From contig CP068257.2 of the NCBI GenBank assembly GCA_009914755.4, positions 5,824,001-5,888,000 of the forward strand: 64,000 bases of DNA. Reading direction: 5' to 3'. The notes under the pieces are model-generated. The model was not told the DNA's origin, made no database searches, and was given only the letters and a program-made list of their open reading frames with translations. The translations under genes were made by a program, and so were the position numbers. The DNA comes from the human T2T-CHM13v2.0 reference genome, Homo sapiens. Shown here one piece after another: positions 11,544-24,400 of the stretch (position 1 is the first letter of the stretch; the number at the start of each line of letters is the position of its first letter).

Positions 11544-11620
11544 TCCTTCGACAGGATCTCACTCTGTAACCCAGGCTGGAGTGCAGTGGCACAATCTCAG
11601 CTCATATTTCATTTCATCAT
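11544..11620 (-). repeat. Alu 3'-end fragment #10 (subtype 1).
   Basis: tttccttcgacaggatctcactctgtaacccaggctggagtgcagtggcacaatctcagctcatatttcatttcatc. Confidence 0.8.
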
Positions 11621-11740
11621 TCCATTCTATTCCATTCCTTTCTTTTCCTTTCCATTCCATTATATTCCATTCCATGCCACCGCAATCCACTCTACTCCAC
11701 TCCACTTCATTCCATTCCATTCCATTCCACTCTGCTCCAC

Positions 11741-11920
11741 TCTTCGTCACCAAAATCGACTCCACTCCATTCCATTTCATCCAATACCATTCCTTTCCAC
11801 TCCTCGTCCCTTCTCTCCACTCCATTCCCCTCTTCGTCACCAAAATCGACTCCACTCCATTCCATTTCATCCAATACCATTCCTTTCCACTCCTCGTCCC
11901 TTCTCTCCACTCCACTCCCC
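11741..11920. repeat. Near-perfect 90-bp tandem duplication inside domain A.
   Basis: The unit tcttcgtcaccaaaatcgactccactccattccatttcatccaataccattcctttccactcctcgtcccttctctccactcca(t/c)tcccc occurs at 11741-11830 and 11831-11920, with 1 mismatch. The ORF 11212..13917 peptide repeats FVTKIDSTPFHFIQYHSFPLLVPSLHS twice. Confidence 0.9.
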
Positions 11921-12030
11921 TCCACTCCCCTCCACTCCCCTCCACTTCATTCCATTCGATTCCATCCCATTCCGTTCAATTCCACTCCACTCCACTCCTC
12001 CCCATTCCACTCCATTCCATTCTATTCCAT

Positions 12031-12095
12031 GCCATTCCATTCCATTCCATTCCATTCCATTCCATTCCATTCCATTCCATTCCATTCCATTCCAT
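12031..12095. repeat. Perfect (CCATT)13 run, with no mutated units.
   Basis: gccattccattccattccattccattccattccattccattccattccattccattccatttt. Similar perfect runs of about 10 units lie at ~44156-44210, ~50756-50807 and ~61033-61080. Confidence 0.85.
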
Positions 12096-12145
12096 TTTAT
12101 TCCATTCCATTCCTTTCCACTCCACTCTATTCCTTTCCATACCTT

Positions 12146-12222
12146 ACATTCGACAGGATCTCACTCTGTCACCGAGTCTGGAGTGCAGTGGCAGAATCTC
12201 AGCTCACATTTCATTTCACTAT
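12146..12222 (-). repeat. Alu 3'-end fragment #11 (subtype 1).
   Basis: ttacattcgacaggatctcactctgtcaccgagtctggagtgcagtggcagaatctcagctcacatttcatttcac. Confidence 0.8.
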
Positions 12223-12594
12223 TCCATTCCATCCCATTCCTTTCCATTCCATTCCATTCCATTCCACTCCACTCCATTCCCCTCCACTCCACTCCCCTCC
12301 ATTCCATTCCATTGCATTCCATTCCATTCCACTCCACTCCACTCCACTCCAATCCATTCCATTCCACTCCACTTCACTCCATTCCAGTCCATTCCATTCC
12401 ATTCCATTCGTTTCCACTTCACCCCTCTCCACTGCACTCTACTCCACTTCATTCCATTCCATTCCACTACATTCCATTCCAGTCCACTGCTTTCATCTCC
12501 ACTCCATTCCATTCCATCGCATTCCATTCCACTCCATTCCATTCCATACCACTCCACTCCACTCTGCTATACTCCACTGAATTCCATTCCATTC

Positions 12595-12680
12595 CTTTCT
12601 TTTGACAGCATCTCACTCTGTCACCCAGGCTGGCATGCAGTGGCACAAACTAGGCTCACATTTCATTTCACCATTCCATT
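12595..12680 (-). repeat. Alu 3'-end fragment #12 (subtype 1).
   Basis: tttcttttgacagcatctcactctgtcacccaggctggcatgcagtggcacaaactaggctcacatttcatttcac. Confidence 0.8.
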
Positions 12681-13157
12681 GCATTCCATCCCTTTGCATT
12701 CCATTCCATTCCATTCCATTTTTTCCATTCCATTCCATTCCACTCCACTGCATTCCACTCTACTCCACTCCAATCCACTCCACTGCATTCCACTCTACTC
12801 CACTCCAATCCACTCCACTGCACTCCATGATATTCCATTCCATCCCATTCCATTCCACTTGATTCCACTCTACTCCACTCCAATCCACTCCCCTCCACTC
12901 CATTCCATTCCATTCCAATCCATTCCATTCCACTCGATTCCTTTCCATTCCACTCCATTCTATTCCACTCCCCTCCAGTCCATTTCACTCCATTCCATTC
13001 CATTCCACTCCACTCCACTCCATTCCATTATACTCCACTTCAATCCTTTAAACTCTACTCCATTCCATTCCACACCACTCCCCTCATCTACACTCCATTC
13101 CACTCCTCTCCACTCAATTCCACTCCACTCAGCTCCACTCCATCCCATTCCACACCT

Positions 13158-13222
13158 TTGTTTTGACAGGATCTTCCTCTATCACACAGGCTGTAGCGCT
13201 TTTGCACAATCTCAGCACCCAT
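13158..13222 (-). repeat. Alu 3'-end fragment #13 (subtype 2: cacacaggctgtagcgc...gcaccc).
   Basis: ttgttttgacaggatcttcctctatcacacaggctgtagcgcttttgcacaatctcagcacccattcc. Confidence 0.75.
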
Positions 13223-13879
13223 TCCATTCTGATCTGTTCCATTACATTCCATTCCATTCCTTTCCACTCCACTCCACTCCAATACATTCCATTACATGCG
13301 ATTCTATTCCACTACATTCCACTCTTCTCAACTTCACTGCATTCCATTCCACTCCATTCTACTCCATTCCTTTCCACCCCACTCCACTCAACTCCACTCC
13401 ATTCCATTCCATTCCATTCCACTGTACCCCACTACCCTCCACTCAATTCCACTCCACTCCACTCCACTTCGTTCCATTCCATTCTACTCTACTCCATCCA
13501 CTCCACGCCTCTCCATTCCATTCCACTCCACTCCATTCCACTCCAAACCACTCCACTTCATTCCATTCCACTCCATTCCATTCCGCTCTACTCCACACCA
13601 TTCCATTCCACTCCACTCCATTGCATTCCACTCCATTCCATTCCAGTAAACTCCAGTCCATTCCACTACACTCCATTGCATTCAACTCCACTCCACTCCA
13701 TTCCTTTCCACTCCACTATACTCCATTCCATTCCACTCGAATCCATTCGATTCCACTACAGTCCATTTCATTCAACTCCACTCCACTCCATTCTACGCCA
13801 CTCCACTCCATTCCACTCTTTTCCACTCCACTGCTCTCCTGTCCACTCCACTCCACTCCACTAAATCCCATTCCACACT

Positions 13880-13942
13880 TTTTTCGACATTATCACCCTC
13901 TGTCGCACAGGCTGTAGCGCAGTGGCACTAAATCAGCACCCA
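13880..13942 (-). repeat. Alu 3'-end fragment #14 (subtype 2).
   Basis: ttttttcgacattatcaccctctgtcgcacaggctgtagcgcagtggcactaaatcagcacccattcc. Confidence 0.75.
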
Positions 13943-14065
13943 TTCCATTCCATTCCATTACATTCCATTCCATCCCATTCCATTCGATTCCATCCCATTC
14001 CATTCCATTCCATTCCTCTCCACTCCACACAACTCCACTGCACTCCACTCCATCCCATTCCACTC

Positions 14066-14132
14066 CTTTCTTTCGATAGGATCTCCTTCTGTCAAACAGA
14101 GTGTAGCTCAGTGGCACAATCTTGGCACCCAT
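14066..14132 (-). repeat. Alu 3'-end fragment #15 (subtype 2; only ~190 bp after #14).
   Basis: tttctttcgataggatctccttctgtcaaacagagtgtagctcagtggcacaatcttggcacccattcc. Confidence 0.75.
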
Positions 14133-14615
14133 TCCGTTCCATTCCTTTGCTCTCTATTCTGTTCCATTCCGTTCCACTCCCCTCCACTCCACTCCACTAA
14201 ATTCCATTACGTAAGATTCCATTACACTCCATTCCACTCCTCTCCACTCCACTGCAATCCATTCCACTCCATTCCTTTCCACTCCACTTTAATCCTCTCC
14301 ACTCCACTCTATTCCACTACATTCCATTCCACTCCACTACATTCCATTCCATTCCATTCCACTCCACTACATTCCACTGTTCTCCACTCAACTCCACTCC
14401 AATCCATTCCAATCCACTCAATTCCATTCCACTCCACTCCATTCCATTAAACTCCACTCCACTCCACTCCAGTCCACCACACTCCACTCCATTCCTTTCT
14501 ACTCCATTCCACTCCACTCCACTCCTCTCTAGTCCACTCCACTCCATTCTACTCCACTCCACACCACTCCATTCCTCTCCATTCCACTCCACTCCACTCC
14601 ATCCCATTCCTCTCC

Positions 14616-14682
14616 TTTCTTTCGACAGGATCTTCCTCTGTCACACATGCTGTAGCACAACGGGACAATCTCAACACCCATT
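14616..14682 (-). repeat. Alu 3'-end fragment #16 (subtype 2).
   Basis: tttctttcgacaggatcttcctctgtcacacatgctgtagcacaacgggacaatctcaacacccatttc. Confidence 0.75.
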
Positions 14683-15404
14683 TCATTCCATTCCATTGCA
14701 TTCCATTCCATTCCTTTCCGTTTCACTCAAATCTACTCCACACCACTCCATTCCATTCCACCCCACCCCATTCCGTTGCATTCCTTTCCACTCCACTCCA
14801 TTGTATTCCACCCCACTCCACTCCACACCACTCCATTCCACTCCACTCCATTCCAATCCATTCCACTCTATTCCATTCCATTCCAATCCAATCCATACCA
14901 ATCTACTCCAGTAAATTACACTCCATTCCACTCCATTCCATTCCACTCCACCCCATTCGATTACACACAATTACACTCCACTCCACTCCAATCCACTCCA
15001 ATCCACTCCACTCCATTCCACTCCACTCTACTCTATTCCATTAAACTCCATTCCATTCCATTCCACTACAGACCATTCCATCCCACTCCAGTCCATTCCA
15101 CTCCACTCCACTCAATTCCCCTCCACTCCACTCCATCCACTCCTCTCCACTCCATTCCACTCCACTCCACTGCATTCCACTCCACTCCACTCCATTCCAT
15201 TCAACTCCATTCCAGTCCATTCCATTCCATACCATTCCATTCCATTCCACTCCAGTCCTTTCCACTCGATTCCGTTCCATTCCACTGCACTCCATTCCGT
15301 TCCACTACACTCCACTCCATTCCATTCCACTCCTCTACACTCCATTCCACTCCACTCCACTCCATTCCACTCCACGCCTTTGCAATCTATCCCATTCCAC
15401 TCCT

Positions 15405-15472
15405 TTCTTTTGACAGGGTCTCCCTCTGTCACACAGGCTGTAGCGAATTGGCACAATCTCTGCACCCATGTC
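15405..15472 (-). repeat. Alu 3'-end fragment #17 (subtype 2, the last one in the window).
   Basis: tttcttttgacagggtctccctctgtcacacaggctgtagcgaattggcacaatctctgcacccatgtc. Confidence 0.75.
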
Positions 15473-18400
15473 ATTCCATTCTATTCCATTCAACTCCCTT
15501 CCGCTCCACTCCATTCCACTCAATTCAGTGCCAGTCCCGTCCAATGCATTACACTCCATTCCAGTAAATTCCACTCCACTCCATTCCATTCCACTCCATT
15601 CCTTTCCATTCTACTCCACTTCGTTCCACTCCACTCCACTCCACTAGATTCTACTCCTCTCCACTCCATTCCATTCCATTCCATTCAATTACATTCCAAT
15701 CCATTCTATTCCACTGGATTCCTTTCCTTTCCACTCCAGTCTATTCCACTCCTCTCCAGGCCACTCCACTCCACTCCATTCCATTCCAATCCACTCCACT
15801 CCATTCCATTCCACTCCAATGCTTTAAACTCTACTACAATCCATTCCACAGCACTCCACTCCTCTCAACTCCATTCCACTCCCCCCCACTCAATTCCACT
15901 CCACTCCTCTCCACTCCATTCCTTTCCATTCCACTCCATTCCATTCTATTCCACTCCACTCCATTCCACTCAACTCCATTCCACTCCACTATATTCCACT
16001 CCCCTCCACTCCATTCCATTCCATTCCATTCCAATCCATTCCTTTCCACTCGATTCTTTTCCATTCCACTCCAGTCTATTCCACTCCCCTCCACTCCATT
16101 CCACTCCACTTCATTCCATTCCACTCCACTCCACTGCACTCCATTCCACTCCATTTCTATCCATTCTATTCCATTCCACTCCACTCCACTCCAATCCCTT
16201 CCATTCCTTTCCACTGCACTCCAATCCGCACCACTCCATTCCATTCTATTCCAATCCCTTCAATTCCATTCCACTCCACTCCATTGCATTCTACTTCACT
16301 CCATCCCATTCCATTCCACTCCATTCCATTCCATTCCATTCCACTCCACTCCACAACACTCCATTCCATTCTACTTCATTCAACTCCACTCCACACCTTT
16401 CTATTCCATTCCACTAAATTCCACTCCCCTCCACTATACCCCACTACACTCAACTCCATTCCATTATATTCCACTCCACTCCATTCCACTCCAGTATGCT
16501 CCATTCTACTGCACCCCAATCCATTCCATTCCACCCAATTCCTTTCCACTCCACTCCATTCCACTCCTCTCCATTCCACTCCATTCCATTCCATTCCATT
16601 CCATTCCATTCCACTCCACTCCATTCCACTCCATTCCATTCCATTCCATTATACTACACTTCAGTCCATTCTATTCCATTCCATTACATTCCATTTTACA
16701 CCACTCCATTCCTTTCGTCTCCATTCCAATCTATTCCATGCCACTCCCTTCAATTCTACTAAACTCACTTCCATCCACTCCACTCCATTCCAGTCCATTC
16801 CAGTCCATTTCACTCCATTTCACTCCACTCCACTCCGTTCCATTTAATTGCACTCCAACCACTCCACTACTCTCTATTCCATTCCTTTAAATTCCATTGC
16901 ATTCCACTCCACTCCACTCCACCCCTCTCCACTCCACTCCATTCCATTCAATTCCACTCCAGTCCACTCCACTCCACTCCACTCAATTCCACTCCATTGC
17001 ACTCCCCTCCACTACATTCCGTTGCACTCCATTCCATTCCATTCCACTCCACTCCAATCAATTCCAATCCACTCCATTCCAATCCATTCCACTCCTTTCC
17101 ATTCCATGCATTTCCACTCTATTCCATTCCACTACACTCCATTCCATTCCACTCGAATACATTCTACTCCATTCCATTCGACTCCACTCAACTCCACTCC
17201 AATTCACTCCACTCCACTGCTTTCCATTCCATTCCACTCCACTCCATTCCATTCAATTCCATTCCATTCCACTCCACTCTATTTAATTCCACTCCATTCT
17301 AATCCATTCCAAGCCACTCCATTCCATTCCACTCCACTCCATTATATTCACCTCAACTCCATTCCATTCCACTCGTCTATTCCAATCCTCTCCACTCCAT
17401 TTCACTATATTCCCCTCCATTCCATTCCACTAGACTCCACTGCACTCCATTCCATTCCATTACATTCCTCTCCATTCCATTCCATTCCGTTCTATTCCAT
17501 TCCATTCCATTCCATTCTATTCCATTCCAATCAACTCCTTTCCATTCCATTCTATTCCATTCCACTCCATTCTATTCCTTTCCGTTCCATTCCACTACAC
17601 TCCACTTCATTCCAGTCCATTCCATTCCACTCCATTCCACAGCACTGATTCCACTGCATTCCACTACACTCCACTTCTCTCCACTCCACTCCATTCCATT
17701 CCAATGCACTCCACTCCACACCACTCAACTGCACTGCACTGCACTTTGTTCCATTCAATTCCTTGCGATTTCACTCCATTACATTCCATTCCACTCCACT
17801 CCAATCCACTCATCTCAACTCTGTTCCACTCCACTGCATTCCATTCCACTCCACTCCATTCTACTCCACTCCATTCCATTGCCTTGCAATCCACCCCATT
17901 GCTTTCCACCCCACTCCATTCCATTCCACTCCATTCCACTCCATTTCTCTAAAATCCATTCCATTCTACTCCACTCCATTCCATTCCAGTCCATTCCATT
18001 CCATTAAATTCCATTGAACTCCACTCCTTTCCATTGCATTCCAATCCACTCCATTCGATTCCATGCCATGCCATTCCATTCCAGTCCTCTCCAAATCCAT
18101 TCCATTCCATTCCATTCCTCTCCATTCCATTCCACTCCATTCCACAACACTCCAGTCCCTTTAACTGCACTACATTGCATTTCAATTCATTCCATTCCAT
18201 TCCAATTCATTCCTTTGCAATCCACTCCATTCCATTCCAGTCCAATCCATTTCATTCCAATCCATTCCACTCCACTACATTCCATTCCATTCCAATCCAC
18301 TCCAATCCATTCCACTCAATTGCCTTCCATTCGACTACATTGCATACAATTCCATCCCACTCCTTTCCATTCCTCTCCACTTCATTCCACTCCACAGCAC

Positions 18401-21400
18401 TACATTCCAATCCAATCTATTCCAATCCACTCCATTCCATTCCACTGCTTTCTACTCCACTCTGTTCCATTCCATTCCATTCCACTCCAGTCAAATCCAC
18501 TCCAATAGACACCACTCATCCACAGTCCACTCCAATCCATTCCATTCGATTCCTTGCCATTCCATTATATTCCATTCCACTCTTCAGCATTCCACCCCAC
18601 TCAAATCCGTTCCCCTCCACTGCATTCCTTTCCTCTCCCCTCCATTCCACTCCACTCCATTCCATTCCATTGCAATCCACTCCATTACACTCCACTCCAC
18701 TCCATTCCATTGAAGCCCATTCCATTGTACTCCACTGCATTACATTCTAGTCCGCTCCATTCCATTCCTTTCCATTCCACTCCACTCCACTTCATTCCAT
18801 TCCAATACATTCCATTCCACTCCACTCCAATGCATTCTACAGCATTCCACTGCACTCAACTCCATTCCTCTCCACTCTGCTGCAATCCATGTCATTCCAG
18901 TCCACTCCATTCCATTCCACTCCACTCCGCTCCATTCCACTCCACTTCATTCCGTTCCAATCCACTCCGTTCCATTCCACTCCACTCCATTCCATTCCAC
19001 TCAATTCCATTCCACTCCATTCTTATCCACTCCACTCCACTCCATTCCATTAAAATCCATTCACTTCTACTCTTCTCCATTCCATTCCAGTCTACTCTAT
19101 TCCATTCCATTCCATTCTATTCCATTCTACTCTACTCCATTCCATTGCATTCCAATCCACCCCATTCGATTCTATTCTTTCCATTCCATTCCAGTCCTCT
19201 CCATTCTATTCCATTCCACTCCACTCCATTCCACTTCACTACACTCAATTCCACTTCACTCCATTCCATTCCATTCCATTCCACTCCACACCATTCCATT
19301 CCATTCCATTGCATTCCGTTCCATTCCTGTCCCTTCCAGTCCACTCCTTTCCGATCCATTCCACTCCATTCCATTCCCCTCCATTGCCTTCCACTTCCAC
19401 TACATTCCATCCCACTCCATCCCACTCCATTCCATTCCTCTCCACTCCATTCCACTCCACTCCACTCCATTCCAATCCACTCGATTCTACTCCAATCCAT
19501 TCCAATCCCCTCCATTGCCTTCCCATCCACTACATTCCATACCATTACATCCCACTCCATTCCATTCCTCTCCACTCCATTCCACTCCACTCCACTCCAT
19601 TCCAATCCACTACATTCCACTCCACTCCATTCCAATCCAATGCCTTCCACTGCACTCCATTTCATTCCATTCCCTTCGACTCCATTCCAATCCACTCCAC
19701 TCCACACCACTCTACCGCAGTGCACTCCACTACATTCCATTCTATTCCCTTCCATTCCACTCCATTCCATTCCACTGCTCTCCATTCCACCCCACTCAAC
19801 TCCGTTCTACTCCATTGCATTCCATTCCACTCCACTCTATTCCATTCAACTCCATTCCATTTCATTGCAATCCACCTCATTGCATTCCACTCCTCTCCAT
19901 TCCATTGCACTCCACTCCATTGTACTCCATTCCATTCCATTCCACTCCATTGCATTCCACTTCATTCCACTCTACTATACTCCATTCCGTTAAAATCAAT
20001 TCCATTCTACTCCACTCCATTCCATTCCAGGCCACTCAATTCCATTCCATTCCATTCCACTCCACTCCAATCCATTCCACTCCATTCCACTCCACTCAAC
20101 TCCATTCCACTCCACTCCATTCCACTCCACTCCATTGCAGTATATTCCAATCCACCTCACTCCATTCCATTCCACTCCACTCCGTTCCATTCCGCTCCAC
20201 TCCACTCCATTGCATTCCACTGCACTAATCTCCATTCCACTCCACTCCATTCAACACCACTCCTTTCCATTCCATTCCACTGCCGTCCACCCTACTACAC
20301 TCTATTTCACTCCATTCCACTCCACTCCACTCAAATCCATTCCACTCCATTCCATTCCATTCCACTCCACTGCATTCCATTCCACTCCACTCCATTCCTT
20401 TCCAGTGCATTCCATTCTATTCCATTTCATTCCACCCCATTCCATTCGCTTCCATTCCATTCCTTTCCACTCCACTCCATTCCACTCCACTCAACTCCGT
20501 TCCACTCCACTGCATTACATTCCACTCCACTGCATTCCATTCCATTGCAATCCAGTCCCTTCCATTCCACTCCACTCCATTACATTCCTCTCCACTCCAT
20601 TCCATTCCACTCCATACCATTCCACTCCATTTCACTCCATTCAATTCTGATCCATTTCATTCTACTCCACTCCTTTGCAATCCAGTCCACTCCATTACAC
20701 TCCATTATATTATACCCCACTCCTTTCCATTCCATTCCACTCCGCTGCATTCGATTCGATTCCATTCCATTCCTTTCCATTCCACTCCTCTCCATTCCAT
20801 TCCACTCCATTCATCTCCACTCCACTCCATTCCACTTCACTACTCTCCATTCCAATCCACTCCATTCCATTCCAGTCCAATTCATTCCATTCCATTACAT
20901 TCCACTCCACTCCATTTCATTCCACTCCACTTCGCTCCATTCCATTCCACTCCACTCCATTCCATCCCACTCCACTCCACACAATTCCACTCCATTCCAC
21001 TCCACTTCATTCCATTCCGCTCCATTGCATTCAACTCCATTCCACTCCATTCCCCTCCACTCCTCTCCATTCCACTCCACTCCTCTTAATTTCACTTAAT
21101 TTCACTCTACTCCATTGCATTCCACTCCATTCCCCTCCACTCCTCTCCATTCCCCTCCACTCCACCGAAATAGATTCCATTCCACACCACTCCATTCCAT
21201 TCAACTCTTCTCAGTACCGTTTCACTCCACTCCACTCCATTCCATTCCAATTGATTCCACTCCACTCCGTTCCATTGCAGTCCACTCCATGCCACTCTTT
21301 TCCTCTCCATTCCACTCCACTCCAATCCATTCCAATCCATTCCATTCCACTCCACTCCATTCAATTCCATTGCACTCCACTCCAATGCACTCCACTCTAT

Positions 21401-24400
21401 TTCACTCCACTCCACTCCATTACACTCAAATCAGTTCCACTCCATTCCACTGCACTCCATTTCTTTCCACTCTACTCCATTCCATTCCAATACTTTCCAT
21501 TGTATTCTGTTCCATTCCACTCCATTCCATTCCCTTCCATTCCGTTCCTTTCCCTACATCTCCACACCACTCCATTCCACTCCGTTGCATTCCACTCCAC
21601 TCCATAGCATACTATACCATTCCAATGCATTCCACTCCACTCTACTCCATTCCCATCAACTCCATTCCAGTACACTCTATTCCACTCGACTCCACTTGAT
21701 TCCACTCCACTCCTTTCCACTCCGTTCCGTTCAATTCCATTTGATTCCATTCCATTGCATTCCAATCCACTACACTCCATATCACTCTGCTGCAATGCAC
21801 TCCACTCCATTCCATTCCATTCCTTCCCATTCCATTCCATTCCGGTCCGTTCCATTCCACTCGATTCCATTCTCTTCGATTCCATTCCCTTCCACCACAG
21901 TCAACTCCATTCCTTCACATTCCATTCTACTCCACTCCATTACATTCCACTCCACTCCACTCCATTCCGTTCCACACCACTCCCCTCCATTCCACTCCAC
22001 TCCATTCAATTCCACTTCATTCCACTCCACTCCAGTCCGTTCCAATCCACTCCACTCCATTCCACTCCACTCCACACAATTCCACTCCATTCCACTCCAC
22101 TCCATTGCACTCCAAGCCATTCCATTCCACTCTACTTCATTCCATTTGACTCCACTACACTCCTCTCCATTCCAGTCCACTACACTCCACTCCACTCTTC
22201 TCCACTCCACTGCATTCCATTCCTGTTCATTCCACTCCACTCCACTCCATTCCACTGCACTCCATTCCATTCCACTCCACTCCATTCCATTCCACTCCAC
22301 TCCAATGCACTTCGCTGCATTCCATTTCACTTCAATCCACTCCCCTCCAATGTACTCCACTCCACTCCATTCAGTTCCACTCCACTCCATTCCATTCCAC
22401 TCCACTCCATACCATTCCACTCTATTCCACTCCACTCCAGTTCATTCCACTCCATTCCACTCCACCTCATTCCACTCCATTCAAGTCCATTCCATTCCAC
22501 TGTTCTCAATTGCACTCTACTCCATTCCATTTTTCTACACTTCATGCCATTCCTCTCCACTCCATTGCACTCCATTCCATGCTACTCCATTCCATTTGAT
22601 TCCCCTCCACTCCAATTTATTCGACTCCACTGCATTCCATTTCATTCTATTCCACTCCACTCCATTCCTTTCCACTCCATTCCACTCCACTCCACTCCAA
22701 TCCACTCCAACACACTCCACACCAGTCCATTCCACTCCATTCGAAAACGCTCTATTGCACTCCATTCCACTCCACTCCGCTCTACTCCCCACCACTCCAC
22801 TCCATTCCTGTCCTTTTCAATCCACGCCACTCCATTCCACTCCACTCCATTCCATTCCACTCCAGTGCACTCCATTCCACTCCGCTCTACTATTCTCCAC
22901 TCCACTCCGTTTTATTCCACTCCATTCCATTTCATTCCACTCCACTGCATTCCATTCCATTCCACTCCTTTCCATTCCACTCCACTCCATTCCATTCCAC
23001 TCCGTTCCACTCCACTCTTCTCGATTCCACTCCACCCCATTCCATTCCACACCCTCCACTCCATTCCACTCTATTCCACACCATTCCATTTCATTCCTCT
23101 CCAATCCACTGCACTCCACTCCACTCCACTCCACTCCACTCTATTCCACTCCACTCCATTCCATTCCATTCCATTCCAATCCATTCCATTCCACTCCACT
23201 CCATTCCATTCCACTCCACTCTACGCCATTCCTCTCCGCTCCATTCCATTCCACACTCTCCACTCCTTTCCACATCATTCCATTCTACTACACTCCTTTC
23301 CACTCCATTCCATTCCTCTCCACTCCACTTTACTCCACTACACACCATTCCATTCCATACCATTGCTTGCCATACCATTCCTTTCCATTCCTTTCAACTC
23401 ACTCCATTCCAGTCTGCTCCAATATGGTCCACTCCACTCCATTCATTTCCTCTCCACTCCATTCCATTCCACTCCATTCCATTCCATTACATTCCACTCC
23501 ACTGCATTCCGTTCCATTCCATTCCATGCCACTCCTTTCCGTTTCATTACATTTCACTCCATTCCATTCAACTCCACTCCATTCCATTCCAGTCCACTCA
23601 ACTCCTTTCACATCCACTCAATTCCACTCCACTCCAATCCATTCCATACCATCCCTCTCCATTCCATTCCATTCCACTCCATTCCATTCCACTCCACTCC
23701 TTTCCACTCCATTTCACTCCATTCCATTCCATGCCATTCTTTTCCATTCCGTTCCATACATTTCTACATAATTCCTTTCTATTCCATTCCACTATACTCC
23801 ATTCGATTTCACTCCAGTATTCTCCATTCCACTCCATTCCATTCCAATCCATTCCATTGCAGTTCACTACATTCCATTCCACTCCATTACATTCAACTCC
23901 TTTTAACTCCGCTGCACTCCATTTCACTCTGCTCCTCTCTACTCCACTCTACTCTTCATTACTCCATTCTATACCATTATACTCCACTTCCTCCACTCCA
24001 CTCCATTCCATTGATCTCCACTCCATTCCATTCCATTCCATTCCACTCCATTCCTCTCAACTTCACTGCATTCTATTCCACACCAGTTCGTTCCATTCCA
24101 TTCCATTATACTCCATTCCATTCCATTCCATGGCTCTGCATTCGATTCCAATCCATTCTATTCCTTTCGATTCCACTCTACTCAGTTCCATTCCTTTTCG
24201 TTCCATTCCATTCCATTCCATTCCATTCCATTCCATTCCATGCCATTCCACTCTACTCGACTCCATTCCAGTCCACTCCATTCAACTCCACTCCATTCCA
24301 TTTCATTCCATTCCACTCGATTCCAATCCACTCCACTCCATTCCATTCCACTCGACTCCATTCAACTCCACTCCATTCTAGTCCACTCCACACAACTCCA

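Larger units (their letters stand above)
8033..15472. repeat. HSat3 sub-domain A: (ATTCC)n interrupted by 17 degenerate copies of an antisense Alu 3'-end fragment (65-80 bp) at irregular 160-790-bp spacing.
   Basis: The recurring motif is tttctttcgacaggatctcactctgtcacccaggctggagtgcagtggcacaatctcagctcacatttcatttcac and variants. The last copy ends at ~15472 and none occurs thereafter. Confidence 0.85.

Noticed and set aside
8250-15472. Regularly recurring ~70-bp conserved elements separated by variable-length 'spacers', superficially CRISPR-array-like.
   Set aside because: The repeats are degenerate Alu 3'-end fragments. The 'spacers' are pentamer satellite of widely varying length (160-790 bp). 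The context is hominid heterochromatin (SVA, L1, HSat3), so this is not a CRISPR array.
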